This document shows, piece after piece, positions 35,128-43,504 of a stretch of DNA of 64,000 bases. The DNA comes from a bacterium (GTDB lineage Bacteria > Patescibacteriota > Saccharimonadia > Saccharimonadales > Saccharimonadaceae). The DNA lies in contig JAUIFG010000003.1 of the NCBI GenBank assembly GCA_030429445.1, forward strand, positions 9,099 to 73,098. Direction: 5' to 3'. The notes below the pieces were generated by a model. The model was given only the letters and a program-made list of their open reading frames with translations, was not told the DNA's origin and ran no database searches. The stretch's first letter is position 1. Each line of letters opens with the position of its first letter. Made by a program: the position numbers and the translations under genes.

Positions 35128-35218
35128 AAATAGACTCACTCCTGCCGTAATAGCCTGAAAATAACTACCTTAATTATAGCGTAATTTTTACCAAAAAGAC
35201 AGGTGTTTTTGACGACAG

Positions 35219-35605
35219 TTAAGACTTTTTTTCAACACTCAAACCACTGCCACGCCTCAGACGCAACAAAACACGCCCACGTTTACTACGCCTCTTGAGT
35301 GCTGTCTTGTAGCGATGCAACTGAGAGACTAGCTTTGATTCAACAATATCAACTGCCGCCAGAATATTAAGCGTCGAATCTTTGGCAACAAGTGTTTTCT
35401 GCGGTAGTTTAATTACGACTTCAGCTTCGTACTTGTTCCCATACGCACGATTTACTTCCCGCAAAACCACTTCTGCAGAAACAGAGGTACGGGCGTGACG
35501 AGGAATAAATCTATCGAGTCGACTAATTTTTTTGACAACGTACTTCTTTGTAGCTTCATCAACGTCATACCTTGCTCCAGAAGTAATTGTAATATGATCA
35601 ATCAT
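35219..35605 (-). CDS. hpf: Ribosome hibernation-promoting factor / RaiA family
   Basis: ITITSGARYDVDEATKKYVVKKISRLDRF...YEAEVVIKLPQKTLVAKDSTLNILAAVDIVESKLVSQLHRYK is the typical S30AE family pattern. Confidence 0.8.
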   Translation of the reverse strand: MIDHITITSGARYDVDEATKKYVVKKISRLDRFIPRHARTSVSAEVVLREVNRAYGNKYEAEVVIKLPQKTLVAKDSTLNILAAVDIVESKLVSQLHRYKTALKRRSKRGRVLLRLRRGSGLSVEKKS

Positions 35606-35607
35606 AG

Positions 35608-36915
35608 TTACAGTATTTCACGACCACCCATATATGGTCGTAGCGCCTCCGGAACTTGCACATTACCTTCTGCAGTTTGAAAGTTTTCAATAATACCAAT
35701 AATCGGGCGTTGTGAAAATGCAGTTGCATCATTTGTATGAACAAATTCGACTTCACCAGACGAACGACGAACCCGCGTCTTCATAGCACGAGCCTGAAAA
35801 TCAGTCAGATAGTCAGCCGTATGCGTTTCGCGATACTGCTGCTGTGATGGCAACCATACATCCAAATCGACACCCTTAGCATTCGGACGGCCAATATCCG
35901 CCGTGCATTTTTCGAGCACACGATACGGCAAACCTAATTGCTGCATCAAATACTCCTGAATTGCAACCATAAAGCGATGCTCATCCAGTGATACATCTGC
36001 CGTTGCAAAGCTTTCCATCTCAAGCTTGTTGAACTGATGCAGACGAAAAATACCTTCTGTATCTTTGCCGTATGTCCCCGCCTCGCGACGAAATGCAGTC
36101 GTGTAACCAACCAAACGTACTGGTAGTTCAGCTTCGGGTACTATTTCGTCTAGATACATCGGCGACATAGTGTGCTCGGCACTTGCGTTTAGCCACAAAT
36201 CTTCATCTTCAATCTTGTACGTCTGTTCTTGCTTGTTTAGTCGGCCAGTTGCTTCAAATACTGCCGTTTTTGCAACAGCTGGCGGTAAAACAAATGTGAA
36301 TGGCTTATCGCTCACATTCAAGCTATTATCTGCAGCAATTTTACGCAAAGTTTCTTGATTCGTAAGTGTTTCGATACCAAACTGCCACAATGCAAATTCC
36401 AATCGAGCCATATCACCCTTGATATAGACAAACCGCGAACCGGCAACTTTGACAGCGCGTGGTGTGTCCAACCACCCCTTTGCCTCGGCAATTTCGGCAT
36501 GATTTTTTGGCTCAAAGTCAAAGCGGGGCTTATCACCCACCTCTTTGACTACAACATTTTCATCCTCAGTCGCACCAACTGGTACATCAGGAAGTGCCAT
36601 GTTTGGAACGGCCTTGAGAAGTTTCCAAAACATTCCATCCGCGTTCTCCAAACGACCCTCAGATTCAGACAACTCAAGCTTTATCTGCTTACCCTCATCA
36701 ATAATCGTTTGGTCGGGTTGACCTCCGCCTCCGGCGGACTTCATTTTTGATGCATTCTGATTGCGTCGTTCACGTAGTTCATCGACCTGTTGTTGCAAGG
36801 TTCGACGCTCATTGTCTAATTCAACAAGCCTAGGTACATCTATATCATGCCCTTTGTTTCGAGCATTTTGCGCAACAGCATCGGGCTGTTCGCGTATCAA
36901 GCGAATATCAATCAT
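35608..36915 (-). CDS. serS: Serine--tRNA ligase
   Basis: N-terminal coiled coil MIDIRLIREQPD... and class II motifs (FRREAG, TFRLHQFNKLE, GRPIIGIIENFQ). Confidence 0.93.
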   Translation of the reverse strand: MIDIRLIREQPDAVAQNARNKGHDIDVPRLVELDNERRTLQQQVDELRERRNQNASKMKSAGGGGQPDQTIIDEGKQIKLELSESEGRLENADGMFWKLLKAVPNMALPDVPVGATEDENVVVKEVGDKPRFDFEPKNHAEIAEAKGWLDTPRAVKVAGSRFVYIKGDMARLEFALWQFGIETLTNQETLRKIAADNSLNVSDKPFTFVLPPAVAKTAVFEATGRLNKQEQTYKIEDEDLWLNASAEHTMSPMYLDEIVPEAELPVRLVGYTTAFRREAGTYGKDTEGIFRLHQFNKLEMESFATADVSLDEHRFMVAIQEYLMQQLGLPYRVLEKCTADIGRPNAKGVDLDVWLPSQQQYRETHTADYLTDFQARAMKTRVRRSSGEVEFVHTNDATAFSQRPIIGIIENFQTAEGNVQVPEALRPYMGGREIL

Positions 36916-36947
36916 GAGTTTATTGTAGCAAACAGTTTATCTACTCG

Positions 36948-37634
36948 CTAGCGAGCTACTGTGTTTACGCCTGGTTTCATAAATGCTCGACGCGCCATGT
37001 CTCGCATAGTCTTTCGACGAGTGAGTGCATTACTGGTTGCAATAAGTTCGGTGAGAGTCTTTTTTCGCTCATCATCAAGCTCTTTGTTGTTCACAATGTA
37101 CAGTGTTGAGTAGACTGCCAGATGCTCTTCTTGCAATGACAATTCAACAGTACTGTTAGCGCCTGTATCTGCCACGATAGCAACATCCGAAAAACCAGCT
37201 TTTTCCAGCCGTTCTCTCAATTTGTTTCCTTTATAGACTGGGTATACCGCCGTCACTCCCCGATAACCTTCATTATTAACAGTTGCCCCTATCATCTCTT
37301 GTAGCGCTTTTGCCTGATCTTTCTGGTCAAGGTGTTGCATCATAAATGAACTGATAACGACATCATACTTACCGCGAAAATCTCCTAAATCAGTCGCATC
37401 AGCTGCTTCCCAATTTTCTCCAACTGGAGGATTGGTGGCATAGTCAAAATCAATACGCTCAACAGATTTGCCTTGTTGTACGACCGATTCAGCAAAGTCA
37501 CTATCACCAGCCCCGACATCTAGAATTGTTTGTACATTATCAGATGCGATGACCTCACCGAATACTCGACGATAGAGTGCCGCTGATTTGTTTGTTCGTT
37601 CAATTTTTTTCTGTTTTTCGTGAGCACGAGGCAT
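36948..37634 (-). CDS. Class I SAM-dependent methyltransferase
   Basis: Motif I ILDVGAGDSDFAESVVQQGKSVERIDFD. Post-I and motif II are plausible. Confidence 0.65.
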   Translation of the reverse strand: MPRAHEKQKKIERTNKSAALYRRVFGEVIASDNVQTILDVGAGDSDFAESVVQQGKSVERIDFDYATNPPVGENWEAADATDLGDFRGKYDVVISSFMMQHLDQKDQAKALQEMIGATVNNEGYRGVTAVYPVYKGNKLRERLEKAGFSDVAIVADTGANSTVELSLQEEHLAVYSTLYIVNNKELDDERKKTLTELIATSNALTRRKTMRDMARRAFMKPGVNTVAR

Positions 37635-37675
37635 ATAATCATATTATAACACAATGCTTATGGTAAATCAATGAC

Positions 37676-39040
37676 CTATTCCGTTCGAAGTGCTTCAATC
37701 GGATCCAACTTAGCAGCTTTTCGCGCAGGAAAGTATCCTGCAATCACTGCAATGATCATCAAGCCAATAATCAAGCCAATAACTGGCAACGGTTCAAATA
37801 TTAACAAGTGGTTTCCTGCACCTAGGTCGAGTTGTTCTGTAATCCATGGATTAAGTACAGTTCCCGTACCCCATGCAATCACCGAACCAATCACGCCACC
37901 CAAAAATCCGATCCAGGCCGCCTCATATCGAAATAGCTTGGCAACGTCCCTACTGTGCATGCCAAGTGCCTTCATCAGGCCGATCTGCTGCGTTCGCTCT
38001 AACACACTAATATACTGCGTGTTAATGATGCCGAACACACTAGCGATCAATGCCAGCACGCCAAACCCAGCAACAATACCCTGTAGCAGGTTGACGATTG
38101 TAAACAATAGACCCTGTAAATCCTCAGCTGTGCGCACAGTAAGATCTTTGTCAGTTAATCGTTGCTTTACTACCTCTGGTTCAACACCATCCTTCACGAT
38201 GGCTGTTGCTGCGACATAGCTGCGATAACGAGGAGTATCACGAGTCAAAAAGTCAGACAAACTCCTTGCTGTATTTTCAGATATAAACAGTGCATTACTG
38301 GCGCTCAACGATGTTACCGAAGCCTTGGAAACAACCCTGACGACAAAACTCTCGTCTCGCACTTCACCACCTACCAATTCAGCCAAGCCAGCAGAGCCCT
38401 TCTCTTGTATTGTCTTCGTGATTTCTTCCTCTGATGGCTGTACTTGCCGAACCAATCGTAGTGTCACTTTTTTGCCCACTATATCCTTTGGGTTATCTAT
38501 TTTGAGTGCTTTCAAAAAACCCTCGGGAATGACAACTTCGTCATCCTTGATTTGCTCTCCAAGCGGAGGCAATGTTCCTGCAGCAGATTCAGCCAATACG
38601 CTGGCATCATATACCGAAACGTCTGACGTATACTTCTTTTTTATCCCCTCAAAGGTCATGTACTGTGCCTCTACCAAGTAGGTCGGGATCACTTGCTCAA
38701 TATCTTTGTCATTCTCGATAACATCGAGGTCTTTTGGTTCGAGCGACTTAATACTCAATCCCGAAAACTGAGTTGATGTCTCTGAATATTCCTTCAGTCC
38801 GTCACCACCAGGTAGTCCACCGCCACCAACCAAACTTTCATCTCTAACGACAAAGAGTGCTTGCGAATTGATATTCGAACTAATCAGCTTCTCGGCATAT
38901 TGACGCGAACCCTCGCCAGCTGCCAGTGCAATCGTCAGCGTAAATGCACCGACGGCAATCGCCAAGCTTGTCAGTAGCGTTCGAATCTTTGCTTGCTTGA
39001 GACTGCGACCAGCACGTCGTACTATATATCGAGCTTTCAT
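37676..39040 (-). CDS. ABC transporter permease, FtsX/MacB-type
   Basis: TM1, a large extracytoplasmic domain and a C-terminal FtsX-type 3-TM bundle (GLMKALGMHSRDVAKLF, YFPARKAAKLDPIEALR). Confidence 0.8.
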   Translation of the reverse strand: MKARYIVRRAGRSLKQAKIRTLLTSLAIAVGAFTLTIALAAGEGSRQYAEKLISSNINSQALFVVRDESLVGGGGLPGGDGLKEYSETSTQFSGLSIKSLEPKDLDVIENDKDIEQVIPTYLVEAQYMTFEGIKKKYTSDVSVYDASVLAESAAGTLPPLGEQIKDDEVVIPEGFLKALKIDNPKDIVGKKVTLRLVRQVQPSEEEITKTIQEKGSAGLAELVGGEVRDESFVVRVVSKASVTSLSASNALFISENTARSLSDFLTRDTPRYRSYVAATAIVKDGVEPEVVKQRLTDKDLTVRTAEDLQGLLFTIVNLLQGIVAGFGVLALIASVFGIINTQYISVLERTQQIGLMKALGMHSRDVAKLFRYEAAWIGFLGGVIGSVIAWGTGTVLNPWITEQLDLGAGNHLLIFEPLPVIGLIIGLMIIAVIAGYFPARKAAKLDPIEALRTE

Positions 39041-39756
39041 GACTTACCTGCCTTTTTACGGCTACTCTTTGTAGCGGGTTTTTTATTATCAACAGACACG
39101 ATTTTCCCATCACGAATCTGAATCATAATGTCGCATCGCTTTGCCAGATCATGATCATGCGTCACAATAATTAACGTCACGCCCTTTTCTCTATTATAAC
39201 GAAATAATAGGTCTTCGATAATTTCGCCTGTCGCACTATCGAGATTCCCTGTCGGTTCGTCTGCAAACAAAATCTTTGGATCATTTACAATTGCACGCGC
39301 TATCGCTAGGCGTTGCTTTTGACCACCCGACAAATCACGAGCTCGTGATTTTTTCTTGTCTGTTAATTCAACGGCTTCGAGAGCACGTTCGATGCGATCC
39401 TGATGTTCCGCAGATGGTACGTCAGCAATCTCACAAACCATGCCGACATTGTTGTAGCAACTTTCGTTTGCTTCAACAAAAAAGCTCTGAAAAATAAAGC
39501 TCATCTGCCGTGAACGAAATCTGTCGACTTCTTTTGATTTGAGTTGCAGAATATCCTGACCATCAATAATTACCTCACCGGTTTGCGGCCTATCCAGCCC
39601 ACTCATCGTATGCATCAGAGTACTCTTTCCTGATCCACTTTTACCGATAATCGCAACACTCGCCCCATCAGGAATCGAAAAATTAACATCATCAAGTGCG
39701 GTAAAGATAGTACTCTTCTTCCCGTACGTCTTTGTAACATGCCTTACATCAATCAC
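39037..39756 (-). CDS. ABC transporter ATP-binding protein (MacB/LolD-like)
   Basis: GKSGSGKSTL, LSGGQKQRLAIARA, LFADEPTGNLD. GTG start with GGAGG 6 nt upstream. Confidence 0.9.
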   Translation of the reverse strand: MIDVRHVTKTYGKKSTIFTALDDVNFSIPDGASVAIIGKSGSGKSTLMHTMSGLDRPQTGEVIIDGQDILQLKSKEVDRFRSRQMSFIFQSFFVEANESCYNNVGMVCEIADVPSAEHQDRIERALEAVELTDKKKSRARDLSGGQKQRLAIARAIVNDPKILFADEPTGNLDSATGEIIEDLLFRYNREKGVTLIIVTHDHDLAKRCDIMIQIRDGKIVSVDNKKPATKSSRKKAGKS

Positions 39757-39781
39757 GCTGCCCCTCCGTTTTTACTATTGT

Positions 39782-39803
39782 TAGTATACCATTAGTATAC
39801 CAT
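39782..39803. repeat. Exact tandem duplication of an 11-nt unit TAGTATACCAT (each unit contains the palindrome GTATAC)
   Basis: Read directly from the sequence: 39782-39792 and 39793-39803. It lies about 25 nt upstream of the ABC ATPase start. On the minus strand each unit reads ATGGTATACTA and contains a TATACT -10-like hexamer. Confidence 0.8.
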
Positions 39804-39809
39804 CGACCG

Positions 39810-40343
39810 CTAAGTTAGCTTATTTATATGCTCGACAAAATGGTCGATATAACTGTTCAATTTTTCCCTATTTTCATCAGTAACAACACCCCGTTCATCA
39901 AGTTTTTGACTCGCAAAATTAAAGTAAAGTTCCGGCTGACCCATCAAATACATTCCTAAATGGCTAACAATATGGCGAAGATTCGACTGTGCCACAGCTG
40001 TCCCTAACGCTCCGTTTGTAGCTCCGGCAATTGCAACAGGTTTACCAATAAACGAATTATTCGGACGAGTCGACCAGTCAATCGCATTCTTTAATACTCC
40101 TGGGATACTACGATTATATTCTGGCGTTACGAACAGTACAGCATCTGCCCCCTCAACCATCGCCTTCATTGCTCGAACGCTTTTTGGTAAATCCGCCTCA
40201 ACATCTCCGTTAAATAACGGCTGTTCCAAGTTAACGTATTCGAATTTCACGCCATCGGGAGCAAATGATTCTAGGTTTTGTGCTAATTTTTTATTCAATG
40301 AATCTTTTCGCAAACTTCCTACAAATACCGCTATTTTTGCCAT
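39810..40343 (-). CDS. NADPH-dependent FMN reductase family protein
   Basis: MAKIAVFVGSLRKDSLNKKLA...LFVTPEYNRSIPGVLKNAIDW. Start at ATG 40343, preceded by GAGGAG. Confidence 0.8.
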   Translation of the reverse strand: MAKIAVFVGSLRKDSLNKKLAQNLESFAPDGVKFEYVNLEQPLFNGDVEADLPKSVRAMKAMVEGADAVLFVTPEYNRSIPGVLKNAIDWSTRPNNSFIGKPVAIAGATNGALGTAVAQSNLRHIVSHLGMYLMGQPELYFNFASQKLDERGVVTDENREKLNSYIDHFVEHINKLT

Positions 40344-40482
40344 AGAACTCCTCACTTATTTACTATATTTAGTATAGCATACATTGTCCGTTTTCTTATT
40401 TCATCGTAGCCTGTTATTGACTTTTTATCAAGCTTATGCTAATATTAACTTACCCGTTAGTCATAAACACGGAAAACAAAAA

Positions 40483-41424
40483 ATGTCAGAAAACTTAAAA
40501 TCACCCCAACCAGAACGACCAGAGCTCACCGATAAAGAGGTCGATTCTCAATTTGATGCCATTGCAGACTACTATAATTCTCATTTTAAAAAAGTGACCA
40601 GTGAAGCATTACAACAGGAACAACCTGCCCTCTTTGATATAGAGGGAAATGTAAACCCCGACCTCGTCGAAAGCCCTGTACAAAAAACCGAAAAACCACA
40701 GAATCCTCTAGAGCTTTATTCCGTCGATGAATTACGAACAGCTCTGGCATCGGCTGAAAACAACTCATCAAATATCGAAGATCTAAAAGAAGATGAAGCT
40801 TACGCTGAAAACGAACGACGCGATACCGAAACTTCTGATGAAATGTCACCAGACGAAACTGACTACAATACGCGAATTGTAACTTCCGTTGATCGTGTAT
40901 CTCGATGGCTTGGTGGTAAAGCAGAAAAATACGAAAACGCTGGTGGCGCCAAGGGACTTGCCAAAAAAGCTCTTCGTCGATTTGGCTCTGCCGCATATCG
41001 TAAATCCGGCCTAAAGGCGGGAGTCGAAAAAGTACAAAGAGGCGTAGAAGCCGTCGATAGAGCCCTTGACCGCACGATAGATCGCGTAGACCAGTTCTCG
41101 AACGACGTCGAAGACAAAGTGTTGGATGCAAAAGATAAGTATCGCAAAGCACGAGAAGCCCTCGCCTCTCGACGTAACGCCGCCCACGAACGTACCAAAA
41201 AACGTGCCGAACAACATGAACGACAACGCGCCCAAAAGACAGCACGAAAATTAGAACGAACACAGGAACGTAGTGAAAAGGAAAAGGCGCTCTACGAATA
41301 CAATTGGCGCGGTGGCCCACGTCCCGACTTCCTAGATGGTAAAAAGGCTGAACCAAAAAACAAAAAAATGGGTCGTATTGGCGTTCGATCACCCTTTTAC
41401 ATCAAAAACACACCCGAATCGTAA
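40483..41424 (+). CDS. Highly charged hypothetical protein (acidic N-terminal half, Lys/Arg/Glu-rich C-terminal half)
   Basis: 313 aa from MSENLKSPQPE. No family recognised. Long antisense ORFs here are shadows of the purine-rich coding strand. Confidence 0.5.
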   Translation: MSENLKSPQPERPELTDKEVDSQFDAIADYYNSHFKKVTSEALQQEQPALFDIEGNVNPDLVESPVQKTEKPQNPLELYSVDELRTALASAENNSSNIEDLKEDEAYAENERRDTETSDEMSPDETDYNTRIVTSVDRVSRWLGGKAEKYENAGGAKGLAKKALRRFGSAAYRKSGLKAGVEKVQRGVEAVDRALDRTIDRVDQFSNDVEDKVLDAKDKYRKAREALASRRNAAHERTKKRAEQHERQRAQKTARKLERTQERSEKEKALYEYNWRGGPRPDFLDGKKAEPKNKKMGRIGVRSPFYIKNTPES

Positions 41425-41453
41425 ATACATAGGAATTAGTAGGAGAAAACATT

Positions 41454-41774
41454 ATGCAACATTACGTCACCAAACAAATGCTCACTGATCTTGGGATTGA
41501 TATTGGTGATAAGAATGCCGATTCACTCCTCACCCACCTTAACGAGAAAATTGAAGAGATGATAGGTGTCGAAATCACTGAAGCACTTGACGATGAGCAA
41601 CTAGAGGAGCTCGTCAAATTACAGGACAAAGGTACCGATGATGAAATCGGTGAATGGATTGCAAGTCATGTTCCCGACTACCGAGAAATCGTCGAAGACA
41701 ACATCGACATCGCCATGGGTGAGATGGTTGATAGTGCAGACGACATTAATAAAGTTGCAAAAGAACAAGAATAG
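41454..41774 (+). CDS. Small acidic hypothetical protein (106 aa)
   Basis: AGGAG lies 8 nt upstream of the ATG. A strong terminator lies downstream. Confidence 0.55.
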   Translation: MQHYVTKQMLTDLGIDIGDKNADSLLTHLNEKIEEMIGVEITEALDDEQLEELVKLQDKGTDDEIGEWIASHVPDYREIVEDNIDIAMGEMVDSADDINKVAKEQE

Positions 41775-41792
41775 TAAATCTGAGTGATACCC

Positions 41793-41822
41793 AAAACAGC
41801 CCGCGGTAAAGCGGGCTGTTTT
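41793..41822. terminator. Bidirectional rho-independent terminator
   Basis: Stem ACAGCCCGC / GCGGGCTGT, flanked by AAAA and TTTT. Confidence 0.8.
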
Positions 41823-41851
41823 ATTATATTACGGATGAATGTGTGCGTGTT

Positions 41852-42556
41852 TTACACTCGAGAGAGTCGTTCTAGCTCGCGTATGACGTCGCCGAGTCGA
41901 CGATGAAAGACTGATCCATCCTCAACGAGCACAGCCTCGTTCAATTCATCAACCATGCTGTACACTTGCTCAATACTTGCATTAGTTGGCAATGCAACCA
42001 AAGCTTCCCTTAGACCTTCTCGTACACGACGTATATAGCTGTGGTCAAGACCACGACTTTCGTCAGTGGGACGATCTTCTGCAATCTCTTTTATCTTGCT
42101 CAATACGCCATCATATTCATTGCTAGAATTTTGCTCTGCACCAGAAATGACTGGAATCGGTTCGGTTGAACTATCTGCCATTACGGGAATCTTGAACATT
42201 TCAGTCTCTTTGTCGCCAAAAGATGGTGCAGAATAGAAACGACTTCCGTCATTCCTGGCAAGACTCTCTGAAACCTCACTTAGTGATGGGTTTGCTGATT
42301 CTGGCCTTACCGTATCAGATACGGGTGGCCTGTTTATCTGTGGTTTCTTGAAACTATTGGGATGTTTCAGTCCCGTGCGACCAAGTGCCGGGAATACTTC
42401 TGGTTGCGCCATATCAGTTGGCCACAAGGGCTCCTCGCCACGTGCTTTTTGCTCTCGCATTTGCTTGTTCAAGCGAGCTCGACGGGCAAAATGCGCTACC
42501 CTTTCTTTTATCTGCTCTGATTCAGATTTATCCGTATGTTGATTTCGTTCATTCAT
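41852..42556 (-). CDS. Hypothetical protein (234 aa)
   Basis: Only long ORF in the region. Disordered, charged N-terminal half and a helical C-terminal ~70 aa. No family recognised. Confidence 0.5.
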   Translation of the reverse strand: MNERNQHTDKSESEQIKERVAHFARRARLNKQMREQKARGEEPLWPTDMAQPEVFPALGRTGLKHPNSFKKPQINRPPVSDTVRPESANPSLSEVSESLARNDGSRFYSAPSFGDKETEMFKIPVMADSSTEPIPVISGAEQNSSNEYDGVLSKIKEIAEDRPTDESRGLDHSYIRRVREGLREALVALPTNASIEQVYSMVDELNEAVLVEDGSVFHRRLGDVIRELERLSRV

Positions 42557-42611
42557 ACTCTAATTATAGCATAAGCTTTACAAAAAGTAAATAACCAAGC
42601 GATGTTTTTGT

Positions 42612-43496
42612 CTACAGTTCTTTACCATTTTTTAGCATCACCAAATGGTGGTCGGCGAGTTTTTTCGTAATAGGATTTGTGCCCGTAATAGTACGACCAT
42701 CAATTTCAGAAACACTTGCCAAAAATGCTGACGTACCACATATAAAGACCTCGTCTGCTACATACAGCTCGGTCAAATCAACTGCTCGCTCCTGCACAGA
42801 AATCCCCTTTTCTCTTGCAAATTCCAAAATAGCGCGACGATTAATCCCCTCTAACAAATCACTGCTGGTATCTGGCGTGATGAGCACCCCGTTACGCACC
42901 ATAAAGATATTTGCAGCAGCAAGTTCACAGACATGACCTGACTGATCGAGGAATATACAGTCATCATAACCCGCATCCAGCGCATCTTGATGTGCGAGTA
43001 CCGAGTTAATGTACGCACCGTTCACCTTTGCGCGCGATGGGATACTGTTATCGGGAATTCGACGCCATTGACTAGTCTTTAGTCGTACGCCGCTGGATTT
43101 GTGTATTGATTTTGCAGTGTATACAAACGCACTTAACTGCGTGTGAACACCCCTTGTGCGAGTACCAGGAGCCAGATCATCGGCATGCAAAGTTGCACGA
43201 ACAAAAACTGGTTTCTTGGGACTATTTGCACTTATTAATTCCTCGATAATCCCACAAAATACATCATAGGTGAGATAGTCTGGCCAATTCAAACCAATAA
43301 TTTTTGCCGATGAACAAAGTCGCTTATAATGCTCGTCCAAACGAAATGCCCGATATTTTTTGCCATCAGGTACGACATAGAATACCGTATAGACGCTCAA
43401 GCCATACAGAACCGCCGAGCTTGCGATTGATAAATGAGCCGACTCAAACGACACTACCTTTTTGTTCAGGTAAGCGTACTCGTGTATATCTGCCAC
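42612..43496 (-). CDS. Class IV PLP-dependent aminotransferase (branched-chain / D-amino-acid aminotransferase family)
   Basis: Fold-type IV pattern: YGLSVYTVF, AKVNGAYINSVLA, ELAAANIFMVRNGVLITP, LEGINRRAIL and ADEVFICGTS. Confidence 0.7.
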   Translation of the reverse strand: MADIHEYAYLNKKVVSFESAHLSIASSAVLYGLSVYTVFYVVPDGKKYRAFRLDEHYKRLCSSAKIIGLNWPDYLTYDVFCGIIEELISANSPKKPVFVRATLHADDLAPGTRTRGVHTQLSAFVYTAKSIHKSSGVRLKTSQWRRIPDNSIPSRAKVNGAYINSVLAHQDALDAGYDDCIFLDQSGHVCELAAANIFMVRNGVLITPDTSSDLLEGINRRAILEFAREKGISVQERAVDLTELYVADEVFICGTSAFLASVSEIDGRTITGTNPITKKLADHHLVMLKNGKEL

Positions 43497-43504
43497 CTTT
43501 TCCC

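Noticed and set aside
35128-35139. GTG at 35139 as the secA start
   Set aside because: The only AGGAG in the region (35139-35143, minus strand) overlaps this GTG, so it cannot serve as its SD. ATG 35127 is preferred. The 11-nt spacing is long, so the start remains somewhat uncertain.
37671-38219. 182-aa plus-strand ORF antisense to the ABC permease
   Set aside because: It is a shadow ORF. The permease frame has the conserved FtsX-type C-terminal bundle.
40586-41392. 268-aa and 111-aa minus-strand ORFs antisense to the charged hypothetical gene
   Set aside because: The sense strand is purine-rich (GAA/AAA/CGT codons), which suppresses stops on the opposite strand. The translations are R/F/L-rich nonsense. 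Because the sense gene is itself an orphan, this rejection is less certain than the others.
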